Positions 28,620 through 42,554 of a DNA stretch of 64,000 nt are shown one piece after another. Under the pieces are notes generated by a model. That model worked only from the letters and a program-made list of their open reading frames with translations, ran no database searches and had not been told where the DNA came from. Numbering within the stretch: position 1 is the first letter of the stretch; each line of letters starts with the position of its first letter. Where the stretch lies: assembly GCF_006345805.1 (NCBI RefSeq), contig NC_042999.1, positions 48,484,001 through 48,548,000 of the forward strand, given 5' to 3'. The DNA is from Octopus sinensis. Its lineage: Eukaryota. The position numbers and the translations under genes were made by a program.

Positions 28620-29070
28620 AGGAATGTTACTCCCACAGTCTGTATTAAGGAATCCGTCACCTTTTCATTCTTACTAAAAAGCTTCAGATCATCTGTTGAG
28701 CAAATGGTTAATTTTTCCATTACTGTTTCTAAACTGATACCTTACCTTTGACTTCCTTTATACTAAAGTGAGAGGGATCAAATATGAGTGAAATATTAGA
28801 CGGGGCACCGAGTACCTCTGGAAAATTCCTCTTTTGATATTAACTTTCACTGAGATTGTGTCACCTGAGTAGACATCTTCTTTCTATTTCTTCATGCTAA
28901 AGCTAATTAATTCTCTTATGCTGTCTGCTACACTGAACATACTCAAACATTCACTTATCCATATGTGTGGGATCATGTCTTGGGCTTTCCCATATACTAT
29001 CCATGCTATTGTTAGATATTTCTTTCTAGCTTTTACTCTATTTAGAACTGCTTAGTCTATATATAATAGA
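28620..29070 (-). mobile_element. Additional R4/Dong-type RT fragment
   Basis: AVLNRVKARKKYLTIAWIVYGKAQDMIPHIWISECLSMF ... DDLKLFSKNEK. Ends at (att)n near 29085. Confidence 0.7.
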
Positions 29071-29232
29071 TCATGCGTTCCATGCTTTATTATTATTATT
29101 GTTGTTGTTGTTATTATTTATTTGTATTCCGAGAGAAATAGAGAGAAAGAGAGAGAGAGAGGAATTATATTAGTATCCATGACGATACTAATATACTATA
29201 TATTAGAATGAGTAGATGATTTTTTGTACGTG

Positions 29233-29276
<44 letters not shown>

Positions 29277-29864
29277 CATATATATATATGTGTATGTGTG
29301 TGTGTGCGTGAATGAATGTATAGTTACGCATATGCTCATTTGTACGTAGGTGAGTGTGTGCGCGTGCGTGTATGTGTGTGTGTGCGCCGTGTTTTTATTT
29401 GTCTGGATACGTGTTGGTTTCTAATTTCCTGCTTTAAATGTCAATTTTATCTTATTTCCCAGATAAGTAATTTTATGGGAAGTATAAATAGCTTGAATCG
29501 GCCCTGCATCATTCTAGATGTTACGTTTAAAAACAAAAATTATAATAAAAAACAGATATATATTTATATATTTAGATACCTATAAAAAATCATCACTCTT
29601 TTATAACTATTTTAATTTTAATATTTCTTCAGTCACCTAATAATAGTTTCATTAATTATAAAATTGTTTTCCGTCCTGTCAGCAACATGTAATATTTTAC
29701 TTCTCCTTCGGCACTTATTCTGTACTTTAATATATGGATATTTACATATTTAACGCAGCCAACTGTGAAGTCGACACAGGATGCGATAAGTTTGCAATGG
29801 AAACCTATGTATGCATACGACAGAATGACTGTGGCAAGTGAAATGATTTACAGCGATATGCAAG

Positions 29865-29983
<119 letters not shown>

Positions 29984-30009
29984 ATATCGGGGAGAATTCA
30001 CAAAGAAAC

Positions 30010-30670
30010 ATAAAAAAGCAAAAGACGAAAACAAGTGTAGAAAACAAACAGATGTATTAGTATAACGCTCGGGAAGTGAAAAAGCCTTTAAAGTTTCGAG
30101 CTTATGCTGTTCCACAGAAAGGAACACAGAAAGAAACAACGAGAGAAAATAAAGAATTTGTAGTGGCTAGTGATCTATCATGGCGAATGCCGGATAGAAG
30201 GGTCAAACAGGAGATCTAGGGAGAAGGGGAGATAATAAAGTAGTGATGATTCGAAAATGAAGGGACAAGTAGGTGTGTAGGAGTGAAGAGAAGAGAGCAG
30301 GAGTGCTGGAGGGAAGAGAAGAAGTAGGATTTCCAGCAAGAGAGGTGAGGTGGGTGGGAGGAAGTAGGTGTGAGGGGAAGAGAGGCGAAGGGAGGAGGTT
30401 AGATGAAAAGGGGAGGAGTGTTGAGCTAATGTGACGCAAGGGAGCGAAAAGAGAAGATTAATCCCTGTTCACGGCGCAAACGGGAGTCCGGATAAACCTT
30501 TGCAAGGACAATCCGAACACGGACAGGTGTTGCAAAGAATGACCGGTAGAGAGGAAATGGTGCGAGACCGAGGTGTCATTGCCAAGTCGGATGTCTCGGA
30601 GGTGTTCTGTGAACCGGTCATCCAAGCGGCTTCTTTGCCATCCATGTATACTTGTGTGTATATTTCTGTT
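30010..30670 (-). mobile_element. Penelope-like element 3' end (GIY-YIG endonuclease C-terminus plus terminal repeat)
   Basis: RLDDRFTEHLRDIRLGNDTSVSHHFLSTGHSLQHLSVFGL ... RREQGLIFS; terminus carries gctcgaaac. Confidence 0.8.
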
Positions 30671-31432
30671 AGTGTAGACAGAGAGAGAATGGCGGAAAGA
30701 GAGGGCTAAGAGGAAAATAATAAATATTCTAAGGAAACGTGTGCAGACAAATGTTAAAAATTTTAGATGCTAATGTGAAGAAAAAGTAATGTATTTGATT
30801 AGAAACTGAAACTTCGCGAATTTTAGTTGCTGGTTTCGCTTGCCGATATTCGCACGATTATATTTAATATAATATTTGATCTAATATAGAGAGAGATAAT
30901 ATTGGAATAGCATGACAATCATTGTTTTGCAGTCATGCTTAAAGGATAGACTAGTATTAGCTGACAATTTAAGTGCTGTATGAAAGTCAGATGTTGAATT
31001 CTTCGCTATTGTGTGAAATAACAATTCCTTCAATTATGGACACTATGCCGTAAATTTTGTAGGGAAGATTTAAGCGATTACAAGGGGCACAGAATTGCAA
31101 AAGTATATATTTCATCGATCCCGAAACAATGAAAGGCGACAATTGAACTAAGAGTGTTCAGTGCCGCCGAGGAAAAACCAAAGACGTGTAAGTTAAGTCA
31201 ACAGCAATACCACTTACAAATGTTTCTATCAAGTCGTTATGAATCTAGTTTCTGAAACTATTTCGAAGATTAGTGATACTAAACGGCTCAGCATTATTTA
31301 GATTGCACAATTATCTTTCACCCAGTTTTCCATGAAACAAGAAGCCTGTCGATATGAAGTGTACTCTGCGAGTACATGTTTCATACGCTCTTCTCTCTGC
31401 TAACTATTTACGTGCACATAACATTATGTGCA

Positions 31433-31533
<101 letters not shown>

Positions 31534-31589
31534 CGTATATATCAAAAGTACACACTCACAAGCACACACACGAATGCAGACATACGTAT

Positions 31590-31637
<48 letters not shown>

Positions 31638-32094
31638 ATGTATGTATGTATATATACATATTCGGATAAATACGTGTTATAACTGTCTGCAATTCGATGT
31701 GTGTGTATATCGTCGTGTAGAAAACTGTTTCGTAGAAATCATAACTGTTTTCATATCATGAAATGTCAAAGGTCTAGAAATCATCCATATTGAAGCAAAA
31801 CGTTTATCGTCAACCCCATAACAGTCTATTGCTATCTTCTTCCATGCCATCGTTATCTATAGACTTTGTATATGTTTTCATGCATAATATATATTTGTAT
31901 AACAAATCGTACGTTTTGTTTTCCATAATCGTTTCACTAAAGGCGACGTAATGAATTACTCAGTTCCACTCTCCCGCGCTCACACTTGTATATGTAGATA
32001 GGTTGATACACAGCCCGACAGACTGACAGTCACACAAGTATCGTAATGTATAGTAATTTAATTGATTATATAATGAGTTATTATAAGTTTTTAT

Positions 32095-32250
32095 CCTTTT
32101 ATTATTTTGTTTCAGTCATTTGATTGCAGTCGTGCTAGAGTACCACTTTAAAGGTTTTTTTAGTGAAAGAAATCTACCCAAGGCTTATTCTTTGTAAGCA
32201 TGTACTTACTTATCTATTGGACCTTGTGCCGAACCTCTAAGCTGCATTAT
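32095..32250 (-). mobile_element. SINE tail fragment (second family)
   Basis: tttcagtcatttgattgcagtcgtgctagag...gtacttacttatctattgg; homologous to 56645-56835. Confidence 0.55.
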
Positions 32251-32269
32251 GCACACCCATACACACATA

Positions 32270-32307
<38 letters not shown>

Positions 32308-32515
32308 TAGAGAGACAGATAGATAAATAGGGAGAGAGAGGGAAAGATAGACAGACATTTCTCTGTGTGTGTATATAGAGATATGTATGGATACACCTAT
32401 GGATGAATGGATTCTTGCCTGTGTTTCACTACAGGTGTATGTGTTTGTGTTTATAATGGAATAAAATTTCTAATTTACCTAATATTACTAAGAATGTGTT
32501 ATGAACAAACATCGT

Positions 32516-32878
32516 GGAGGCACAATGGCCCAGTGGTTAGCGCAGCGGACTCGCGGTCGTAGGATCGCGGTTTCGATTCCCAGACCGGGCGTTGTGAGTT
32601 TTTATTGAGCGAAAACACCTAAAGCTCAACGATGGTGGTGATCCCCGCTATACTCTTTCACCACAACTTTCTCTCACTCTTACTTCCTGTTTCTGTTGTA
32701 CCTGTGTTTCAAAGGGCCGGCCTTGTCACACTCTGTGTCACGCTGAATATCCCCGAGAACTACGTTAAGGGTACACGTGTCTGTGGAATGCTCAGCCACT
32801 TACACGTTAATTTCACGAGCAGGCTGTTCCGTTGATCGGATCAACCGGAACCCTCGTCGTCGTAACCGAAGGAGTGCT
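32516..32878 (+). mobile_element. tRNA-derived SINE (third family), apparently near full length
   Basis: A-box TGGCCCAGTGG and B-box GGTTTCGATTCC, followed by a ~290-bp non-tRNA body ending cgtaaccgaaggagtgc. Confidence 0.8.
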
Positions 32879-34706
32879 TCCATCCATGTACAAACATATG
32901 TACATGAGATATCAAAAGATGACGACATTTACATAATATCTGAGAGATAGGCAACACTAAAAACACTTTACACAACTTTTCTATACTAACTAATCTTCAT
33001 TTTCATTTCATTTATAATATATTTTCTTCAGCTTATCTAACTGAGAATTCTGACTTAGTAAGCAAAGATTACTATGAAGCCTGCAGGAAAATATAATTCC
33101 TCAGACAGTCTGACGTATTAGAAAATCTCATGTAGTAGGTATATGTTTTGGTATGTGAATAAAATTATTGACATAACCTTTAAAGATTAACTAAATATTT
33201 CTAACTCGGAAAATGTTAAATAAATGTCATAGTATTTTATGTGCATCTATGTAATAAAGACGAATATGATTAACTTTCACTGAGTATAACGTTTAATTGT
33301 TCTTTAAAGAGAACTTACGTTTTTGAAAAATTGTAGCACCGGCTGTATATTCAATTCTCATAAAATATTTCTGAAAGAAGACTAATTATTTTATAATAAC
33401 TGCAATCGTTTCCATTATAATTTTGCTATTAGATATGAAAGAGCAAATAATCAATTCCCCGTTCATTTATCAGTAAAATTATTAGAAGAATTTCATTTCA
33501 ATTCTTATCTTTGCGCATAATGAAATAGTTGTTTGACATGTGTTTCCTTCGTAAAGATCAATTATAATTCTTACTGTCAAAATATAATTTTTTGCTCTCA
33601 TGAAAGAAGGCTTAATTAAAATTAATTTCTTCATCTTAAATGCTATAGTAATGTCTATCCCGTTAAGTATTTATATATGTGTGTGTGTATGAGTGTTCAT
33701 TTATTTATGTACATATTTATATACATATCCATATATAATTCTTCATATCTATTGAGCGTTATAAATGGCCTTCTCCATTATATTGAATGTACAGTTGATG
33801 CTTACACTAGCACAGATTGTTTGGCATACTTTGGTATGAAGGACTAACCTCAAATCAATACTGTGTGAGGGATATAGTAAAGTGTGTGTCCCAAAACTTG
33901 ATGCAGATCGCTCTTTAGAGGAGCGTGAGGGAATTCGGTACAGTTTGGGACACGAAATAGCATCTGAAATATGATATAGAGAAATAGATCTTGCATGATA
34001 ATTTTGGAACGATCACAGGCTGCAAGTCAGTAGCGATTTTGTTGCAAGCACTCCTAGCTTTTCGTTTTCCTTGAACTGTCACGTCGTAGTTATGAGATAA
34101 AAGCTTGGATGTTTGGAGATGATGACGTTTTCTTTGGTAGGGAACGTGGAATGAGGATAAATTAGGACATGGTCTCATTACCACGCATAGGAATGGTGGA
34201 TGTATCAAAAGTAAAATCACATAAAATTAATTGTGGGTGTATTTTCGACAGCATTAATGAGTCCGTTCATTCAGGTGACTTATGTTACAGAGTAGGAGGA
34301 GATTGTGTTGAATGTGGCAGTATGTTGAAGAAGGATGATAAGGTAGTGGTCGAATGAGTGGTGGTGTGGCTGTAAACATCGAGGCTTATTGGGATATCAG
34401 GATTGCCATCACCCAACAGTGTGGGCATGAAACAGGTTGATATAGAGCTGTCAAAACAGCAAAGGATTCAGATCCAGGGGCGAAAGCATTTAGCTGATAT
34501 TTCCGTGATTTTTATGGCCATTGAAATCATTAATTACAATGAGTAAAATATAAGGTGTGACAGTGGGCTGAGAAACACTTTGTTGTATGCCTAGTGCTAG
34601 TACCTGCCTCAGTCTCTATCCCTAAAATCAGCGTTGTGATGATAGTGTTAAGATTCTTTTCCTTTGACAACCATCAAGAGAAATTAAGGAACCGGTATGC
34701 TATATA

Positions 34707-35272
34707 TTGGGTTGTCCGGAAAGTTCGTGCCGATTTTTAAAGGAAAGAAAAATGTCAATAACTACTTGCCATTACATTTTTATATTTTCAATCAACAAAA
34801 TATGAATCAGTTTGTTGCCCAATGCGTCTTCATATTTCCTTTAATTTGAAGGAAAGATGAAAATACCGTCTTTCCAGAATCGAGGTGGTTTCGTGGCAAA
34901 CAATTAAGGTATCTTTTTACGTCATCCAAGGAATTGAAATTTTTACCATTAAGACTATTCTGCAGAGACCTGAATGAGTGGAAATCCGAAGGAGCAGTAT
35001 CTGGTTAATATGGAGGGTGGGGTAACACATCCTAGCCGAGCTGCAACAATTTTGTCTTGTTCCCAAAGCACCAAGTGCCAAAAATGAACTTATCTTCCAT
35101 TTTAAAGTGTAACAGAATTAACATGGTTATAGGAACATAACCACGAAAAGATAGCCTAACTGTGCTCTAAATGGAAATGTAGTCAAATCCTATTTTATGG
35201 ACTCAACCATGTTCTAAAATAAGTCTACATTTAAGCTACTATAAATCGGCACGAACTTTCCGGACAATCCAA
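34707..35272 (-). mobile_element. Internally deleted mariner element (566 bp), copy 1
   Basis: TIRs ttgggttgtccggaaagttcgtgccgattt / aaatcggcacgaactttccggacaatccaa, TA on both sides. Retains LGCVTPPSILTRYCSFG-type degenerate C-terminal transposase segment homologous to copy 2. Confidence 0.9.
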
Positions 35273-36936
35273 TACATTAGATCATCAGTGGCCATACGTT
35301 TATGAACCAAACATATAAGAACAAATGGTTTTCATGTTTATATTAACATTGAAATATGGAATTCTCTATTGCTATGTAGCTCCCTTGCTGTAGAATTGTT
35401 CCCATGTTTATTTCGCGATTCTAGAGATTTGGGGGAACAGTGCTAATAAAATAATAACGTGGGATAATGATTAGTTTTAGAATTTTACTAATAATATTTC
35501 AGCACTAGCATGGCACTACGAACCAATGTCTTTGGAATTCACTATTTCAAAGGCGCATGCTTGAGATATAAATACAAAAAATATAAACTATTAAATCCTT
35601 AGCTATAAGAATTATGGCAAAAATGTATGTATATATGCAATACCAATAGTATTAGAAATCTGTTTCAATTGCAACACACTGTGGTAACGTAAATTATAGA
35701 CACATCTTATAATTTTCAATTCAAATGAAACAATTATGAGATTTACCGACCACTTGTAGCTACTTATCACAATAACGTATGAATATACAATGATAGTCTG
35801 CAGTGAAGTAAATAAGTAAATTGCGAGAAATAAAAATTAGCATTGAAATCAGGATGTGCTTAAGCTTATGAAAAGAATGTTTCAGTTCTTCCACAGTTTG
35901 ATATTTTTTCTTTAATTTAGATTCGGTTTTCCTTTGTAAAATGTGGTTACATTTAAAAGCAGTACTGAGATCAGAAGCGGTGTCTTTGGGGATGTAAAGA
36001 AAAATTATTTCTCTACTGAAATATTCAAGTATTTTTTCCAGTTCCCAGAGCATTATTTGCCCAAACTCACACGTTTTGATGTGATTTTATCTACTGCATT
36101 TTTTTCTGTTTGATATGGCTTCCACATATTTTTTCTCATTACCAAATTTTCCCAAAAGTTTATAAATTCTAACTGAAGAACAGTTCGTATCAATTTTGAG
36201 GATTTTATAATTCAGACTAATAGTATTAAGCATTATAATGTAAATACTCGCGGTTTTATAGAATTTTACACGTTCGTTATCCTTTTAAACAATTCGAGAA
36301 ATTTGAAGTATCTTTGTCCGATTATATTAATGAGGACATTTCATAATAAATGTTCGTGTTTCGTGTAAATTACAGTCTTCATAATGTAATTAAACTGAAT
36401 TTCTAACACCTGTAGTTTTTGTTATTTGTATGACTGCATTTTTAATCGTATAAATTTATACACCTATCTATGAAATACACTTCATTAGAACAGGGAAATG
36501 CCAGAATATTACTCGACTGGGTCAGGATACAAAGGTAACAAATCTGAATTATTATCTTTAAAATTTATAGATAATCAGTTGCTATCAAGTTGCAGCTAAT
36601 ATATACATATGTACGCTAAACAAGTAGAGTAATAATCTACTGATTTAAGGACACACACATACATATGCACATGTGTATAAGTATATGTTTCTGCGTATAC
36701 ACTCAACTTTATATATTATATTCGAAAGAGACGTACGAGATGTGAGAAGTTCTTCATAGCAATATATATGTGCTGGTTTATAATATAGGATCACCAACAT
36801 AAAGTTGCATGAATCTACGTGTACCCACGTATCACTGAATGCAAACACACACACTCGCATACACGCACACACGCTCACGCACACGCGCACACATGTACCT
36901 ATATCTAACTCTCTCTCTCTCTCTCTCTCTCTCTAC

Positions 36937-36989
<53 letters not shown>

Positions 36990-37322
36990 ATATATTATGT
37001 GAAATAGAAAGATGAATAATCTTGTAGTAGATTAATCAAAAGTTTAACCGATACCTTGGTAGCAAAAATCACAGCAGTAAACAGCACGGTTGGAGGTACA
37101 ACCATATGGTGTTGCAACCGTGCGTTGGTGCGGATAATTGAAATTAAAATATTATTGGTGAATTGAAGAAATGGAGCTGTTCAATCTGCGTTCAGCTCCA
37201 TTTCTTCAATTCACCAATAATATTTTATATATATATATATATATTCTCTATTTCTCTAACAGCGAGGTCACGTTCTTTTGTTGTTACATGTTATTATTAT
37301 TATCATTATTATTATTATTATC

Positions 37323-37399
<77 letters not shown>

Positions 37400-37410
37400 G
37401 TAATTATTAA

Positions 37411-37678
37411 GTGAGAGAGCAGTGCATCCCATGAAAGTGACACTGGGGTATAAATATACGAACCCCAGTATACCCATCAGGACTACCCGTCTGACAAGGG
37501 TACACTAGGCACATGCATAACAACCATATGTGCGTAACATACTGATCTCATATCGAGATAAACAGTACATGACCTTGCATGTGGGGCCCAGTTTGAATCC
37601 TCAACTGGTCGAGTAACCCATCCCGTTCAAAAGGTCCCTGAATAAGGGTTGTTTAAGGATGTTGAACAAAACACCCAC
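37411..37678 (-). mobile_element. (TAA)n-anchored non-coding element, copy 2
   Basis: Same fixed end next to (att)n; ~270 bp. Confidence 0.8.
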
Positions 37679-37708
37679 TATTATCATTACTATTATTATT
37701 ATTACTAA

Positions 37709-37761
<53 letters not shown>

Positions 37762-37762
<1 letters not shown>

Positions 37763-38523
37763 TTTTTTCCCTTCTTTCAAATTTGCTTCCATTTCTTGCC
37801 GAGTGTCTTCCCGACTCCTAGGACAAAGAAACTCATAGTATACATTGGTAGGCCATGAAACCAAACTCAATAGTTCGTTCATTTTTTTTTTATTTTAAGT
37901 TAAATTAAAATACATGAGCAGCAACAGTTCTCACATCGACAATGCTCTTCTGAATACGTGTGATGTACCAGTTAAGACAATCTTTTGCACTTCTTGCAGG
38001 GATGGTAAGCCAGGGATCATTCTCATATAATTTTCGGTTCCCTTCTTGATCATTCCTAGTGCTCCTACGATCACTGGTATTGTAACCGCCTTGAGATGCC
38101 ACATTTTCTCAATTTCAATGAGTAGGTCTTTATATTTTCTGAGCTTGTCAAACTCTTTCGCTGAGATATTATGATCACAGGGGATGCTCATGTCGATCAA
38201 TAAGCAAACTTTATTGTTTTGTCTTTCACAAAAATATCTGGTTTATTGGCCTTGATGGTTCGGTCTGTATGTACTGGAAAGTCCCACAGAATGGTTACAT
38301 TTTCTCCTTCAGTTACAGCCTCAGGGTGGTGATTATACCACTTGTCGGCAGTTTTGATATTGTAATGCCGACTTATTAGCCAGTGGAGATATTGGCCAAC
38401 TCTGTCATGTCTTAATTTATACTCCACTGGTGCTAAGACTTTACATCCAGAGATTAGGTGGTCCACTGTTTCAATCATGTCGTTGCAGAATCGGCATTTT
38501 GGGTCTGCTCCATTTTTCATCAC
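37762..38523 (-). mobile_element. R4/Dong-type family A, 3' 0.76 kb (CCHC knuckle plus REL endonuclease)
   Basis: CRFCNDMIETVDHLISGC, RHDRVGQYLHW, LWDFPVHTDRTIKANKPDI, IDMSIPCD, KYKDL. Flanked by (TAA)n. Confidence 0.9.
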
Positions 38524-38628
<105 letters not shown>

Positions 38629-38869
38629 GCCATAGCTTCGCCTAGAATTAGAAACCTTTAATCATCATCCAAGTATAATGAGTATTACAACTGAGATAAT
38701 CATGCAATATCTGTATGTGTAATCACAATCAAACACGGACTGTTTAATAACTTCTGTCGAACGAGAACGAACAAAAGTTCAGAATAAAATGCCCGCAAGT
38801 TATAAAATATTCCCAGACAACAATCATAGTAAATATTTATTCTCATTGTTATCTGCCTGATGTACATTA

Positions 38870-39102
38870 CTTATTTCTTTACTATCCACAAGGGGCTAAA
38901 CACAGACAGGACAAACAAGGACAGACAAACGTATTAAGTCGATTACATCGACCCCAGTGCGTAACTGGTACTTAATTTATCGAACCCGAAATGATGAAAT
39001 GTAAAGTCAAACTCGGCGGAATTTGAACACAGAACGTAGCTGCAGACGAAATACCGCTAGGCATTTCGCCCGGCGTGCTAACATTTCTGGCAGCTCGCCG
39101 TC
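38870..39102 (-). mobile_element. tRNA-derived SINE (family of 1891), near full length
   Basis: Reverse complement of head, body and tail all present. Confidence 0.85.
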
Positions 39103-39466
39103 TTATGTACATTACTACGGTTTTGACACCTAGGGAGTGCCATTGTTGGGTTGGTGTCAACACAAACACTGCTAGGAAATAACTAGACAAGCTGTACGAC
39201 CACTCCATTAATGTCTTATATCCGTTATGTATTCGCCTACTTCCTATTATATATTCCATCATGGTATATAGACAAAATCATCTTAACCTCTAAATTTAAA
39301 GCTAGAAATTGAAAAGAAGTATCTATGTAAAACGAAATTAGCCGCCAAAGCAACACATACTTTGGGATATCCCAGAAACATCTGTAAGACTGAATTTTTA
39401 TCCAATAATAATAACGTTTATGACTTGAGATGTTTGTCTTGCCTTAACATTTACTGTCAATTTAAC

Positions 39467-39505
<39 letters not shown>

Positions 39506-40429
39506 CATACAGAAACCCGGGGACTACGGCATCATATGAACATCGTCAAAGACTGATAAGATCATTTAGGAAGTAAATCAATTTAAGTCACCTACGTTTA
39601 CAATCCACAAATATTTCAACTTTACGAGAATGTAGGTAAAATCACAAGAATGCGATCACAAAACATAAAACGTTCGAAAGCAAACGTATGAAATATCATT
39701 AGCTGCTTAATGGATGTCCGTGCAGCATGAAGTTTTGGCAGCACAATGCAATGTAGTAGTATTGAGAGTCAATAAAATTCAGCAGGAGCGAAATATTCGC
39801 GTAGCCTGCCAATTAAGCCAACACATGTTTATTACTAGAAGCCGAAACATAAAATCAAATAATTTAGAATTAAGTTACAGTGAAAAATTCATTTTTAATA
39901 CAAAGAAATTCCTCCTGAAAGAGACACTGCCATCTTAAGAATATTGTGCAAACTAGTGCGCCTGAACTGAACTCATTCAATTATAAGAATAAAACTACAT
40001 GTATAAATACATATATACATAAACACACACATATATATGTGCATGTTTTTGCGTGTTTGTGTGTGACTGCGTGTGTGTGTATGTGTGTGTGTGTGTGGTG
40101 TGTGTGTGTGTGCGTGTGTGACAAGCGATAGATTTGTAGCATTTTGGATCCAAATCGCGAATCCTCTTTTTCATATCAACCGAGCCTCTCTTTCAGAATC
40201 ATAAATATAACGACCACATTTCATTGTCGGTCACCAAACTTCGAAAGTTAGGTGTTAATTTTCATTAAACTCATAACGTACTGAAAGACTGACTTTGCTC
40301 ATTCTCTCTTTTAAATCTTTTATAGCCACCGAAGACTGACTTTGCTCATTCTCTCTTTCAAATCTTTTATAGCCACCGAAACATTTATACGCTGATTCTG
40401 CCACTATCTAGTAAAAAAATAGTATCCGT

Positions 40430-40730
40430 AGTCCAGTCGTGCAACAAGATCACAATGTAAATTGCTGGTCTGCATGAAGTTCTACTAACACTCATTGGAG
40501 ACACATGATAGCGGTTGCTGCTGGTGATCTGCCACTGCTGTTTTTGTATTTAATGTTTGACTCGCTTAAAACCTCTTCATTTAACTGTGCACATGGTTCT
40601 TTTAAGAGCTTTTCTATGCGTAAACAACATTAATCCCTCTGCGGATGTCGAACAGTCTACATTCATCTTCTGTTAAGAACTGACAGACAGCAAGTCGGTG
40701 ATTCTGTTTTGAACTCATTATTGAACTGCA
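40430..40730 (-). pseudogene. Degraded mariner transposase N-terminus
   Basis: MSSKQNHRLAVCQFL...DIRRGINVVY...KRF...SSGRSP resembles mariner HTH and SGRP linker; many stops. Confidence 0.45.
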
Positions 40731-40801
40731 AAAACAAAAAGAATAGGAAGGAGATTTTCTATAGGGTAACAGTTACTATAACTACATGCAAAATTTCAAT
40801 A

Positions 40802-41007
40802 CAACAATCCCTCGATATCGTGAGTGTTACGTTCCAAAACCCGCCACGATAGGTGAAAAGCTGTGAAGTAGGAACAGGGCAGTACATTATTTTTTCATTA
40901 TTTGCATGTATTTATTTTGTTATACGTGCAAAACAACACTGAAGTATCGACGTAAGCTTCAATAATAAATCGCGATAGGTGAACCGCGATCTAGAAAGGG
41001 ATTTCTG
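40802..41007. mobile_element. Tigger/pogo-like MITE
   Basis: TA-caacaatccctcgatatcgtg ... cgcgatctagaaagggatttctg-TA. Confidence 0.65.
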
Positions 41008-42554
41008 TATTGATTTGTGTACAACGTTCCTTTTTCTAAGAATATATGTATATGTGTGCGTATGTGTGTGTATTTGTGTGTGTGTGTGTGTGTATGTGTG
41101 TGTGTTCATCGGACAGTTTTTCACAACCAAAACTGTTCGACGAAAGGAAACGTGAAACTTTGAGTAACAGCTTTTGGGGTGTTTTGCAGCTTTATCAATA
41201 AAGTATATACACACATGAGAGCGCGCACACACACACAAACCCACACACATACACACACACACATATGCACGTATATATGTTCGTGCGTATGTGTGTATGC
41301 ATGTATGTCCGTATGCGTCTGTATGCTTGCGTGAATAAATTAATTTAATGGTTGCATAATTGTATCCATGCATGAAGGTGAATCTCAGCAAAATCCATTT
41401 GGGATTTTCCTATTAGCAGTTCTCAGTCATTGGTGGCAACGCAGCAAATGATCTGGCAATTTTTATTATGAACTAATTGCCATTTGTTTAGAAAGTGTTC
41501 TGATTGTTGTAGAGCGTTTAAGGGTACCATGAAACAAGTACAGAGATCTGTTACTCGGATCGTTCTAAATTTCCATCACAAATTTCCTTTCTTAGTGCAG
41601 ATGTATGAACTGTATGTTCCTCATTTCAAAATTATAAATATTATAGGCATTATTGCCCTGAGTGTAAGTTTTTCCGCATCCTAATGTATTCTGAAGTCGT
41701 TTAAATTTCAGATGCCTTTATGCTTTTAAACCTTAAATATATTTGCGAATTACCGTGTGTGATAGTCTTGCAGTATCTCTAACGGTATAGCGATAAAGTT
41801 ATTGAAATATGCTACCGAGTAGTAAATGGATTATCAGCAAGGCTGTTGCTAAAATAAGTTTACCGTGTCTCTCCCTTTAATGGACAACATCCATTAAATT
41901 CTTAACGTTATGCAGTCATAGTTTTGTATTTGATATTCATAGTTCTTTTAGATAAATCAGTATAATCTTTAGAGAGTGAATAGCTAGCTGTGAATGCATT
42001 CATGCAATAATCCATGAAATTGGAAAGAAATTATTTGCAACGTGAAGTATTTTACTCGATTAAAACATTTGAACAAACAAGGTGAATTAAATGTGGATAG
42101 TGGTCTGATATTTCCAGTTATGCAAGAAAAGATTTTGTGTAAATAGTATTTAATGCCGTATTAGACGTCTTGCAAAATTTTTGCTTCAATAAAAATAGAT
42201 TTTTAATATATTTAGCAAATAAATAAAAGTATTTTTTTCTGATTTGTAGATCTCTGAAAATTAGGCCGTAAATTCCACCATTCTAGTTTTCGCAGTGTGT
42301 TTCAGTGTCTATATGCAATCATATCATTCATATTCACGCTAGTCATCCTTTCAAGCAATGGTTATCAACCAGGGTCATATGACACCAGGCGGTCCATACA
42401 AGATTTATGAAGGGTCCACACAAGCGAAATAGTAAATTGGAGACCTACAGTAGTGTGCTAAGTGTCTATAAAAAAGTTCATGCTTTAGATGTATTTTTTG
42501 CAAGAAACAGCTTCCTTTTTCTCAACCATTTTAGCATAGCTCAACCGACACAAC

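Noticed and set aside
32516-32590. tRNA gene (Arg-like)
   Set aside because: A and B boxes are present, but there is no proper acceptor stem or poly-T terminator and it continues into a SINE body.
33915-34400. Possible ancient CR1/L2-type LINE 3' end
   Set aside because: Only vague residue resemblance (LQP, YF); not enough to call.
35760-36053. 97-aa minus-strand ORF
   Set aside because: AT-rich with no motif; compatible with chance.
40285-40380. 47-bp direct duplication
   Set aside because: Real but two-copy only; an ordinary slippage duplication.
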